Shown here: piece by piece, positions 14,553 to 22,505 of the stretch
Position numbering within the stretch: position 1 is the stretch's first letter
Layout: every line of letters starts with the position of its first letter
Origin: a candidate division WOR-3 bacterium
GTDB lineage: Bacteria; Hydrothermota; Tepidihabitantia; Tepidihabitantales; Tepidihabitantaceae
Reading direction: 5' to 3'
Assembly (NCBI GenBank): GCA_903908785.1
Contig: CAIVTL010000054.1
Span: forward strand, 1-33,427
Length of the DNA stretch: 33,427 nucleotides
Position numbers and translations under genes: made by a program
Notes under the pieces: model-generated
What the model saw: only the letters and a program-made list of their open reading frames with translations
Databases searched by the model: none
What the model was told of the DNA's origin: nothing

Positions 14553-15776
14553 ATGCGTTTTGATGAGTTCTTCGTTCGTGAGGGCCGGTTCGTGGCGGAT
14601 GATGTTACGCTGGACGAGATGGCGAGCCGGCATCCGACTCCATTCTACATCTACTCGGCGTCGGCCGTGCGCACGAAATACCGGCTGCTGAAGGACCAGT
14701 TTCCCGCGTTCGACATCTGCTATTCGTTGAAGGCCAATCCGAATCCTGCCGTCTGCCGCGTGCTCGCCGAGGCCGGGGCCGGGGCCGAGGTGAGCTCGCC
14801 GCGCGAACTCGCGACCGCGCTCAATGCCGGGTTCGCGCCGGACAGCATCATCTACGTCGCGCCGGCCAAGACTGCGGCTGACATCGAGCGGGCGCTGGCG
14901 GCAGGCATCTACGCAATCGTGGCCGACTCTACATCGGAACTGGAGTTGGTCGAGTCGGCGGCGCGCAAGCTGGGCAGGCCGGCCCGCGTCCTGCTACGTA
15001 TCAATACGATGGAGCGCCAGCCCGAGGCCAGGGAGGTGATGGTCGGCGGCCCGAGCAAGTTCGGGTTCGATGAAGAGCGGGTTGTCGCCGAGGCGGCCGG
15101 GCGGGAGTTGAAGCAGGCGCGAATTGCCGGGATCCAAGTATACTCGGCGAGCCAGGTGCTGGACCCGGCGTGGCTGGCCGAACATATCGAGTATGTGCTC
15201 AAGCTGGCGAGGAGACTGAGCCGGGAAGCCGGGTTCAAGCTGGAGTGCGTTGATTTCGGCGGTGGGTTCGGCATACCGTATGGTGAGAACGACAAGGAGT
15301 TGAATCTCGGCCTGGTCGCAGCCATGACGCAGAAGTCTCGGGACGAGTTCCGTGAGGCCGAACCCGGTTGCCGTCTCGTATTCGAGTCCGGCCGGTACCT
15401 GGTTGCCGAGTCGGGCGTATTCGTTACACGCGTGGTGCGGGTGAAGGAGTCGCGCGGTCGTGTGTTCGCTATCTGCGACGGCGGGATGAACGCGTTTGCC
15501 CGGCCGGTGTTCATGCGCGTTCGGCACCCGGCGCGGCTGCTCAACAAACTCGGCGAGAAGCCGACGCAGGAAGTGGACGTCTGCGGGCCGATATGCACGC
15601 CCCTTGACTGCATCGCCAAGGGCGCGCGGCTGCCGCAGCCGGAACCGGGCGACCTCGTTGGCCTGTTGAACGCTGGCGCGTACGGGTACACGATGAGCCT
15701 GCTTGACTTCATGAGCTTGGGGCGGCCCGCGGAACTGCTGGCTGACAACGGAGGACTGCGGTTGGTTAGCAGCTAG
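14553..15776 (+). CDS. Type III PLP-dependent decarboxylase (Orn/DAP/Arg decarboxylase family, LysA-like)
   Basis: PTPFYIYS and the PLP-lysine motif YSLKANP are present, along with DFGGGFGIPY, ESGRYLVAESG and NAGAYGY. The active-site region reads VCGPICTPLD rather than the LysA-type CESGD. The longest ORF starts at 14358, but that part is repeat-derived. Confidence 0.85.
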   Translation: MRFDEFFVREGRFVADDVTLDEMASRHPTPFYIYSASAVRTKYRLLKDQFPAFDICYSLKANPNPAVCRVLAEAGAGAEVSSPRELATALNAGFAPDSIIYVAPAKTAADIERALAAGIYAIVADSTSELELVESAARKLGRPARVLLRINTMERQPEAREVMVGGPSKFGFDEERVVAEAAGRELKQARIAGIQVYSASQVLDPAWLAEHIEYVLKLARRLSREAGFKLECVDFGGGFGIPYGENDKELNLGLVAAMTQKSRDEFREAEPGCRLVFESGRYLVAESGVFVTRVVRVKESRGRVFAICDGGMNAFARPVFMRVRHPARLLNKLGEKPTQEVDVCGPICTPLDCIAKGARLPQPEPGDLVGLLNAGAYGYTMSLLDFMSLGRPAELLADNGGLRLVSS

Positions 15777-15823
15777 GAGTTAGCGGTTAGGAGTGGAAAC
15801 CGGGGCACCGGAGGGCGGGCGAA

Positions 15824-15858
15824 GTCAGATGTCAGAAGCTAGATGCTAGAAGTCAGAA
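15824..15858. repeat. Five heptamers (GTCAGAW/GCTAGAW), intergenic
   Basis: The units are gtcagat gtcagaa gctagat gctagaa gtcagaa, the same word family as 12546 and 12783. Confidence 0.85.
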
Positions 15859-15901
15859 GTGCCGAGACGGTGGACGGAAGTTGGCGTCGGTCCCGGCCGG
15901 G

Positions 15902-15937
15902 AATCTGCGTAATCTGTGGAATCTGTGGATGTCTGAG
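15902..15937. repeat. Four 9-mers (AATCTGYGK)
   Basis: The units are aatctgcgt aatctgtgg aatctgtgg atgtctgag. The reverse complement of 15907-15931 matches 31171-31195 at 24 of 25 positions. Confidence 0.8.
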
Positions 15938-15945
15938 TCCGGCGG

Positions 15946-17058
15946 TCAGCGGATAATCCGCGCGCCGGCGCGGTCGAGCGCCGGCATCAGCAGGAGCGAG
16001 TCGTACGGCACGCCCAGCCAGTCCTTTTCCTCCATGTAACCGGCCAGGCTTTCCGGGACTGCGTGCTTGAGGCGCAGGGCAAAATACCAGTTCCAGATGC
16101 CGGTGGTGAAGGTGAAATCGGGCCGCGATGAGAGGCCGATGTTGCTCATGGCGATGCTCTCCAGGGCCGGCGATGTCCTCAGCCACTTGTCCACGGCCGC
16201 AAGGGTGTTGTGCGTGCGGTTGTTCGCATAGTGCGTGGCTACCGCCATGAGTTCGAGGAAGCGGCCGACCGCTTCGCCCTGGGTGCGGATGACCGAATCG
16301 GTAGCGGCAATGATGGTGCCGGGGCGGTCTTCGAACCGGCCCGGCGGCAGGATGTCGATCCGGCCAATTGTGCGGTTGCCGTCAGCCGCGCTCACCAGCG
16401 TGGCGGCCGGCTCCTGAAGTACGGCAGCATCGAGCCGTCCCTGTTCGAGTTCGCGCGCCACCGCGGCCCGGTCTTTGACCTCAACCAGGTTCACCTTCGC
16501 GTCCGAGTCGAGTGAGTCACGGCCGTGCTTGATTTTCCCGTACTCAAGTGCCTGCATGAATCCGAGCAGGGTCATCGAATTCCGGCCGATGTACCCGACC
16601 GCGACCGGCTGGTCATGAGCCCTGACCCACGCCAGGAATTCCTTGTAGTCCGTGGCCGGAACCAGGAAGCCTGTCACCAGCATATCGCCCCGACGCTGGA
16701 GCGGCGCGATAATCCGGGCCGGCTTGCCCGCGAGCACTGCGGTCAGCACTTCCTCCGACGCCAGGATTCCGACCTGCGCTCTGCCGGACAGCAGCGCGGC
16801 CAGGACCGCCGAGTCCGTGTCGAACGAGGCCAGCCGGAGCGACAGCGTGCTGCGTGGGCCGTCGAACAGGTCATAGCGCGTGCGGGACTTCACTTGCTTC
16901 AGGTGCAGTCCGTAGCGCAGGTCGAAGTCTTTCTCGTAGAGGCAGGCGGCGTACAGCGGGGCGGCGTGGTCGTCGCGCCGGTACGCGACTGTCAGTTGCG
17001 GCACCGCGGCCGGCGCGGCCGCAGTCACCACAAGCAGGAGCGCAATCAAGCGTGTCAT
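15946..17058 (-). CDS. Periplasmic substrate-binding protein (type 2 PBP; NMT1/THI5 or SsuA-like), no adjacent permease or ATPase
   Basis: ATG at 17058 gives the signal peptide MTRLIALLLVVTAAAPAAVPQ. The length and alternating pattern are typical of NitT/TauT-type binding proteins (LTVAY...HAAPLY..., GRAQVGILASEEVL, PVAVGYIGRNSMTLL). The assignment is by resemblance only. Confidence 0.5.
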   Translation of the reverse strand: MTRLIALLLVVTAAAPAAVPQLTVAYRRDDHAAPLYAACLYEKDFDLRYGLHLKQVKSRTRYDLFDGPRSTLSLRLASFDTDSAVLAALLSGRAQVGILASEEVLTAVLAGKPARIIAPLQRRGDMLVTGFLVPATDYKEFLAWVRAHDQPVAVGYIGRNSMTLLGFMQALEYGKIKHGRDSLDSDAKVNLVEVKDRAAVARELEQGRLDAAVLQEPAATLVSAADGNRTIGRIDILPPGRFEDRPGTIIAATDSVIRTQGEAVGRFLELMAVATHYANNRTHNTLAAVDKWLRTSPALESIAMSNIGLSSRPDFTFTTGIWNWYFALRLKHAVPESLAGYMEEKDWLGVPYDSLLLMPALDRAGARIIR

Positions 17059-17187
17059 GCTGCTTCCGAGGATAGCCAAAACCGGCCAGCGGTCAACCGG
17101 CGCGGCTGCGGGCTTGCGGGGCACGCGCTACTATAGCCGGACGAACAGTCTGGTCAAGACGTGGAGAAGCGCCTCGGTGGATGAGCC

Positions 17188-17955
17188 TTAGCGCTGGATG
17201 ATGAGCTTCTGCGCGCCCGACGCCGGCCGCAACAGGAAATAGGCGCCGGGTTCCAGTTGCCGCAGGTCGTTCGCCCCGGGCTGCAGCGTGGCCGCGTTCC
17301 GGCCGCTCGCATCGAGCAGTCGGGCCGGGGTCGTCCCGGAGAGCCAGAAGCCATTCCCGACAACGGACTGCTGAGCGGTCGCGGGCACTGACGGAGCCGG
17401 GTTCTCCTCGACGCCAACTTGACAAGGGCAGATGAAAACGTAGAAGAAATACTCGCCGACATCCCATGCCTGCCACGTGCCCGGACTGCCATAGAAGCAG
17501 TGTGTCGTCCCGCTGTGGTTGTCGGTCATGATGAACGGGTAGGCGAATGGCGATTGGTACAGGCGGTGGGTCATGCCGATGTAGAAGCTGCCCGAGTCAA
17601 TTTGCACCGTGCTCGCGAGCGCGTACCGGGCCCAGAGGCTGCGCGGCGCGGTGAGGCTCTCCGACTCGTAGAGCACGGTTGAGCCGTCGCCGGCATAGAT
17701 GCGCCAGATGTAGACCGAGTCGGTCCACGAACCCATGCCGTCGTAGAACTCGACCATGAGCGAGTCAATCTCGATTGGGTACACCAGGCCGAAGTCGCCG
17801 GGATTGATGCGCATGACGCGCTGCGGGCCGTAGCTGGCGAACTGGCCGGGCGTGTTGTTGGAGTAGCTTACCCAGAGCGAGTCGAACGGCTCTGCCCCGG
17901 CCGGGCAGAAGACGAGCAGGGGCAGCAGCAACAGGCAAGAACGACTGACCTTCAT
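17188..17955 (-). CDS. Exported hypothetical protein with a short, degenerate T9SS-like C-terminal segment
   Basis: ATG at 17955 follows AAGGAGG, and the signal peptide is MKVSRSCLLLLPLLVFCPAGA. The C-terminus ARLLDASGRNAATLQPGANDLRQLEPGAYFLLRPASGAQKLIIQR resembles the end of a Por CTD. Confidence 0.7.
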   Translation of the reverse strand: MKVSRSCLLLLPLLVFCPAGAEPFDSLWVSYSNNTPGQFASYGPQRVMRINPGDFGLVYPIEIDSLMVEFYDGMGSWTDSVYIWRIYAGDGSTVLYESESLTAPRSLWARYALASTVQIDSGSFYIGMTHRLYQSPFAYPFIMTDNHSGTTHCFYGSPGTWQAWDVGEYFFYVFICPCQVGVEENPAPSVPATAQQSVVGNGFWLSGTTPARLLDASGRNAATLQPGANDLRQLEPGAYFLLRPASGAQKLIIQR

Positions 17956-18086
17956 ACCGACCTCCTTCGGCGAAAACACCGCTCTGCCGACATCGCAAAC
18001 GCGAATCGCAACCGCGCCTCATAGAGACTGTAGCCGAAACCCCGGCGCAAGTCAACCGGCCGGCATGACATGGACGACACGAGGAT

Positions 18087-18148
18087 TGGGTTCAGGGGTT
18101 CGGGGGTTCAGGGGCTCTGGTGTCTGAACCCGAACTGCCCCTTGACCC
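18087..18148. repeat. Octamer repeat (GGGTTCRG x3) with an imperfect inverted partner, forming a possible stem-loop between two minus-strand genes
   Basis: gggttcag gggttcgg gggttcag gggctctg is followed by ctgaacccgaac...ccccttgacccc. It lies downstream of the XRE stop codon (18208). Confidence 0.5.
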
Positions 18149-18207
18149 CATCGTGCTTCGCTTCCGGCGGCTTCGTGGTTCTCCAGCTCGGGATTCGGGC
18201 TGGGCTC

Positions 18208-18963
18208 CTATGCCGAGCCGTTCGTACGCGAAGAGCCGGTCTGGTCGGCCCGGCTGTGGCCGGGGTCATTGTCGGCGGACAGCGCGGTGATGCGGGCAGA
18301 CAAAGGGGCAAACACCGGAAGAGAAGAGAGACCGGAATCCGCAGCCCAGCGACTCAGCTCCTCCAGCTTGTGCTTGAGCTTGCGCTTGTGCCCGTCGTTT
18401 GCCCGATTCAGCACGCCCCACAGCTTCCGGGCGTAGAGGCGCAGGCGGAAAGCAACCACTGCGCCGGATTCGATGCCGGCTCGGGACAGCTCCTCGGCCA
18501 CGAGGTCATCAAGGCGGCGCTGCGCGTCCTGCGACCGGGCATAGGCCGCAGCCCGGCTGAGTCGCTTGCCCTCAGGTTCGGGCTTGCGTCGTGAGCGGGT
18601 GACCTTGTCGTCGTATCTTCGGACTGCGTCCCAGACACCAGGAGGCAGCTTGCCGGCGAGGCTGCGGACGCGCTTATACCCGCGCTGCTCCAGCACGGTC
18701 GGCTTAGAAGTGTAGGCCTCAAGCAGGTCGGAGATGTCCACAAAAGACGCCCGGCACGCCCGCAGATAATCGGCGACAAACCCGAGCGAAGGGTATGGCG
18801 CTCTGCCCAACTCGACCTTCCCGATGAGCTGATGGTTGCCCTTTCCCTGTCTCCCCATCAGGACTGCCAGTTCCTGTTGAGTGATGCCCTCTTTGAGCCT
18901 CAGCGCACGAAGCCGCAGTCCCATCTCTTCCGTGAACCTGAACATCTCTTTACTCCGGCTCAT
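18208..18963 (-). CDS. XRE-family HTH transcriptional regulator with a long uncharacterised C-terminal region
   Basis: The N-terminal helix-turn-helix reads LRLRALRLKEGITQQELAVLMG. The ATG at 18963 lies only a few nt downstream of a TTGACG-17-TATCAT promoter, which suggests a leaderless mRNA. Confidence 0.8.
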   Translation of the reverse strand: MSRSKEMFRFTEEMGLRLRALRLKEGITQQELAVLMGRQGKGNHQLIGKVELGRAPYPSLGFVADYLRACRASFVDISDLLEAYTSKPTVLEQRGYKRVRSLAGKLPPGVWDAVRRYDDKVTRSRRKPEPEGKRLSRAAAYARSQDAQRRLDDLVAEELSRAGIESGAVVAFRLRLYARKLWGVLNRANDGHKRKLKHKLEELSRWAADSGLSSLPVFAPLSARITALSADNDPGHSRADQTGSSRTNGSA

Positions 18964-19340
18964 TACATGCGCATGATACCAATAAGACTCATGCGCGTCA
19001 ACGGCGGCTGGAGGATAAGCCCTGACAGGAGAACGGGTTTAGGGATTCCGGGGCAGACGCAGCCCCGTTTCCGCCGCAGACCTGAGCATCTCACTGGACC
19101 GGCTCATGCCACGCGCATAATACCAATAAGACTCATGCGCGTTGACGGCGGCGGAGGGATAAGCCCCGACAGCAGCACGGGCTTAGGGATTCCGGGGCAG
19201 TTTCAGCCTCCCCTCCGCCGCAGACATGAGCACCTCACTGGACTGGCTCATGGCGCGCGTATGATATCAATAAGACTCATGCGCGTTGACTGCGACGGGA
19301 GGATAAGCGCCGATGGTAGCGCGGGCTATGGGAGTTGGGG
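18961..19340. repeat. Tandem repeat of a 144-bp unit, about 2.6 copies (unit starts 18961, 19105, 19249)
   Basis: Each unit carries the ataccaataagactcatgcgcg operator core, ggataagc and ttagggattccggggcag. Copies 2 and 3 also carry a decayed copy of the first codons of the XRE gene. Confidence 0.9.
18965..19001 (-). promoter_or_regulatory. Sigma70-type promoter (TTGACG-N17-TATCAT) overlapped by an 8-bp inverted repeat operator GCGCATGA-N12-TCATGCGC
   Basis: The minus strand reads cgccgTTGACGcgcatgagtcttattggTATCATgcgcatgtaATG. The inverted repeat lies at 18969-18976 and 18989-18996. Confidence 0.6.
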
Positions 19341-19365
19341 CGGGAATGGGTCGGTCACGCCGGGG

Positions 19366-19701
19366 GTGAACTCCGGCGTGAATCGCGCCGTGAACTGCGC
19401 TGTGAATGCGGACTTGAGTTGCGCGTTGACTTCAGCCGTGAGCCCGGCGGTGAATAGTGAACTGAAGACGTAAGTGAGTTGCGGTTTGATGTCGGGGTTG
19501 AAGTTGGGCGTGACCGGCGAACTGACATCGCGGTTGAACTCAGCCGTGACCAGCGGCTTGACCGCGCAGTTGAAGCCAGCCGTGACTTGCGTGCTCAGCC
19601 GTGATGTGAACTCGGGCGTGAGGTCCGGGTTCAGAGCCGGGTTGAGCTGCCGCGTGAAGTCCGAACTCAGTCTTGCGGTGATTGCGCAGGTGATGTCCGG
19701 A
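19366..19701. repeat. Array of 28 degenerate units in strict 12-nt phase (consensus KTGA-N8)
   Basis: Units were read by hand: gtgaactccggc gtgaatcgcgcc gtgaactgcgct gtgaatgcggac ttgagttgcgcg ttgacttcagcc ... gtgattgcgcag gtgatgtccgga. No indel breaks the phase over 336 nt. Confidence 0.85.
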
Positions 19702-19769
19702 ATCCCGATGCAGGTCCTGGGGCAGGGGCTAACGAGGTCGCAGTCTTCGGTGCGTTGGCTCGACACGAC

Positions 19770-19841
19770 CCGAAATCGCCGGAGGGGGATAGTCCCCGGC
19801 GCTTGACGCGCCGCAATCCGGGACAGTCCCCGCGATTTCGG
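19770..19841. other. 10-bp perfect inverted repeat (ccgaaatcgc / gcgatttcgg) enclosing smaller GGGGA/TCCCC hairpins
   Basis: It lies 25 nt downstream of the stop of the 854-aa gene and may be a terminator or a structured RNA. Confidence 0.45.
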
Positions 19842-19865
19842 TCATGCCCCTTAGCGAGTCCCGGG

Positions 19866-22430
19866 TCAGGGGGCGAAGACGACGCGGGTTGTGGCCGCGC
19901 GGTCAAGGGTCTTGACCCGAACGACATAGACACCGGCGCGGGTATCGGACGCCGGTTTCCAGACGTAGCCGGATGGCGTGGCGACGAGCGCAGAGTTGGG
20001 GTCGGAGCTGGATGCGATGAACCTTCCGGCGGCGTCGTAGATGCGGGCAGAGGTGGTCGAGTGGTCAAGTGGTCCGGTGGTCAAGTGAATGAGAAGGGAG
20101 GTGCGGAAGGGGTTGGGGCGGGCGGAGATGGTGCGTGCGAAGCCCGTGGCCTTGTGTCCGTCGGCCAGCCCGACGAACGGGGAGAGCTTGCCCCATATGC
20201 GGGTCGTGTTCGTCACGCGGCCGCCGATTGAGTCTGTCCAACCATCCCAGGTCGCGAGGACACGGCCGGAGGCGTTCGAGGTCAGGGCCGGGAGCGACTC
20301 GCTACCGGTGCCCCGCATGACCGCGAACGTGTCGAGCACGGTGCCGAGCGTACTCACTCGAGCTCCGTGGATGGTCGTGCTGTCCATACCCCATGCCTGC
20401 CAGGCGACGATGTAGTCGGTACCGTCGAACGTGACTGTCGGTTCAGTGGCCGGGTCCGTTGATACGGCCAGGCCCGCTGTGTCGAGCACGGTGCCGGTAC
20501 GTGTCACGCGGGCGGCGTAGACGCCGACAGCGTCCCCCGATGTCCAGACAACCAGGTAGCTGCCTCCGCCGTAGGCAATGGCTGGTTCCCGGAGGTTGTT
20601 CTCGCCTGCTGCGATTTCGATTCCCGCGGTATCGAGCACGACCCCCGCCTGAGTGACGCGAGCACCGTAGATGTCAAAGTGCGGGAGCGTGTCCGGTCGG
20701 CGAGTATCTACCCAGGTGATGAGGTAGTCGGTGCCGTCAAATGCCACCGCCGGTTCGTACTTGTCCGGCGGCGCCACGGACACAACGAAGTTGGCGGGGT
20801 CGAGCAGATGTCCCCTTTCGTTTACGCGTGCAGCGTATATGTCGTCGCTCATGTTATTGGCCTCGTGCTGCCAGACGACTAGAAAAGCCGTTTCACAGGC
20901 AGCTACGGCCGGCTCAAACTGGAAGTCGCCACGTATCGCGACTGCAATCCCAGATGTATCGAGGACGTGTCCTGACGGGCTCACCCGCGCTGCATAGATA
21001 TCAGAGTAGTTGTTACCTTCCCGCCAGTCTTCCCATGCGACGAGATAGCAGGTACTGCAAGCGGCAACCGACGGGGCGGTCCCGCGTGAGACAGGAAAGG
21101 GCCGCGGGTCCAACAGGCCTCCCTGGGACGAGACCCGCGAGGCATATATGTCACATGTCGGCCCGCGACGATAGTCTTGCCATGCGACCAGGAAGTCGGT
21201 TCCATCAGAGGCACAGCATGGGGATGACTGCTCGTAGACGCCCGAGGAAACGAGAACCTCGGCAGTGTCGAGGACGTTTGCGTCCGGGGTCAACCTGGCG
21301 CCGAACACATCTTGACGCCATGCGCCTTCGTAGCAGTCCCAGACTACCCAGAAGTTGGTGCCGTCAAAGACGGCAGCCTGCCCCGTCAGCCCGCCGTTCA
21401 TCCGGTTGATTCGGAACCCGTCCGGGTCGAGTACGCCTCCCGATTGGTCAATGCGGCAACCACAGGCCCCTTGCGGCCCGCTGAATGCCACGAGATAGTA
21501 CGGGCTTCCGAACGTCACGGAAGCATCACCCTCGTTCTGGTCGGCCGTCGCAACCGGGATCCCGCCTGAGTCGAGCACCACGCCGGACCGAGTCACCCGT
21601 GTCGCGAAGACGTCGTACTGGGAGTTCCGGGCGCGGTCCCACGTAACAAGGAAGTAGTCGCCGCCGAATGCCACCGACTGCCCGTACGTCCTGGCAGTGT
21701 CCGCTACGATCAGGATGCCCGCAGTGTCCAGAACGTCTCCGGACGGAGTCACCCGCGCACCGTAGACGTGGACGCCGTCTTGAGTGCTCGTCCATATCAC
21801 CATGTAGTTGGAGTCACCAAATGCAATCTCCTGGGCGCACTGGTAGCCAATGGAGCGAGTTACCGCAAATCCGCTGGGGTCCAGAACGGTTCCGCTCTGG
21901 TTCAAGCGAGCGGCGTAGATGTCAGTGTTGTCCTGTTGCCAAGCCACCAGGTAGTTCGTGCCATCGAACGCGATTGACGGGTCAGCGGCGTAGGCAGAGA
22001 TCGGTGACACCTTGATCGGTGGCTCGTCAAGGACTTGGCCCGAGCGCGAGACACGTGTGCCGCAGATGGCGCCACCGGGCGCGTCCCACACGACGAAGTA
22101 GTTTGTGCCGTCGAAGGCGACTCGCGGATGTTCGTTGGTTACCAGGGGATCGGTTATGCTGAAACCGCAACTGTCCAAGAGCCGGCCCGAGTTGTCAACG
22201 CGGGCGGCGTATATGTCATAGCCGTAGTGATCCGTCCGGCCGTCCTGCCAGACGACGAGGTAGTTTGTTCCATCCCACGCCGTGACTGCCTCATACTGTC
22301 GGTAAGGAGCACGCGCGTAGACCACCTGCGAATCGAGCAGGAATGCGTCAGGGTCGGGCGGGTCGGCGGCGGCCAGCCCGGCGAGGATGAGAAGCGGCGC
22401 GGCGAGCAGGGACAGGTTCGTTTTGAGCAT
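19866..22430 (-). CDS. Exported protein with ~14 tandem ~50-aa repeats (FDGTNYLVVW...DIYGARV...G.VLD..GI.V) and T9SS C-terminal sorting domain
   Basis: ATG at 22430 follows GGAGG, and the signal peptide is MLKTNLSLLAAPLLILAGLAAA. The repeats were read directly from the translation. The C-terminus is NPFRTSLLIHL...IYDAAGR...GVYVVRV...RVVFAP. Confidence 0.85.
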   Translation of the reverse strand: MLKTNLSLLAAPLLILAGLAAADPPDPDAFLLDSQVVYARAPYRQYEAVTAWDGTNYLVVWQDGRTDHYGYDIYAARVDNSGRLLDSCGFSITDPLVTNEHPRVAFDGTNYFVVWDAPGGAICGTRVSRSGQVLDEPPIKVSPISAYAADPSIAFDGTNYLVAWQQDNTDIYAARLNQSGTVLDPSGFAVTRSIGYQCAQEIAFGDSNYMVIWTSTQDGVHVYGARVTPSGDVLDTAGILIVADTARTYGQSVAFGGDYFLVTWDRARNSQYDVFATRVTRSGVVLDSGGIPVATADQNEGDASVTFGSPYYLVAFSGPQGACGCRIDQSGGVLDPDGFRINRMNGGLTGQAAVFDGTNFWVVWDCYEGAWRQDVFGARLTPDANVLDTAEVLVSSGVYEQSSPCCASDGTDFLVAWQDYRRGPTCDIYASRVSSQGGLLDPRPFPVSRGTAPSVAACSTCYLVAWEDWREGNNYSDIYAARVSPSGHVLDTSGIAVAIRGDFQFEPAVAACETAFLVVWQHEANNMSDDIYAARVNERGHLLDPANFVVSVAPPDKYEPAVAFDGTDYLITWVDTRRPDTLPHFDIYGARVTQAGVVLDTAGIEIAAGENNLREPAIAYGGGSYLVVWTSGDAVGVYAARVTRTGTVLDTAGLAVSTDPATEPTVTFDGTDYIVAWQAWGMDSTTIHGARVSTLGTVLDTFAVMRGTGSESLPALTSNASGRVLATWDGWTDSIGGRVTNTTRIWGKLSPFVGLADGHKATGFARTISARPNPFRTSLLIHLTTGPLDHSTTSARIYDAAGRFIASSSDPNSALVATPSGYVWKPASDTRAGVYVVRVKTLDRAATTRVVFAP

Positions 22431-22505
22431 CGTTGCCTCCAGTCAGCGGCCAGCACAAAGATACCACTGCGCCACTGGTTGTCAATGGCTGCCGGAGGCC
22501 GGCGA

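Noticed and set aside
18961-19701. Possible CRISPR array
   Set aside because: The 144-bp units are contiguous tandem copies without unique spacers. The 12-nt units are far too short and degenerate. No cas genes are present in the window.
19326-19806. ORFs 19326-19766 (minus) and 19474-19806 (+) over the first 12-nt array, and 32866-33393 / 32879-33193 / 32982-33308 / 33014-33325 over the second
   Set aside because: Several frames on both strands are open only because the repeat unit lacks stop codons. There is no SD or start context. They are not called as CDS, but the periodic-peptide possibility is kept as a finding.
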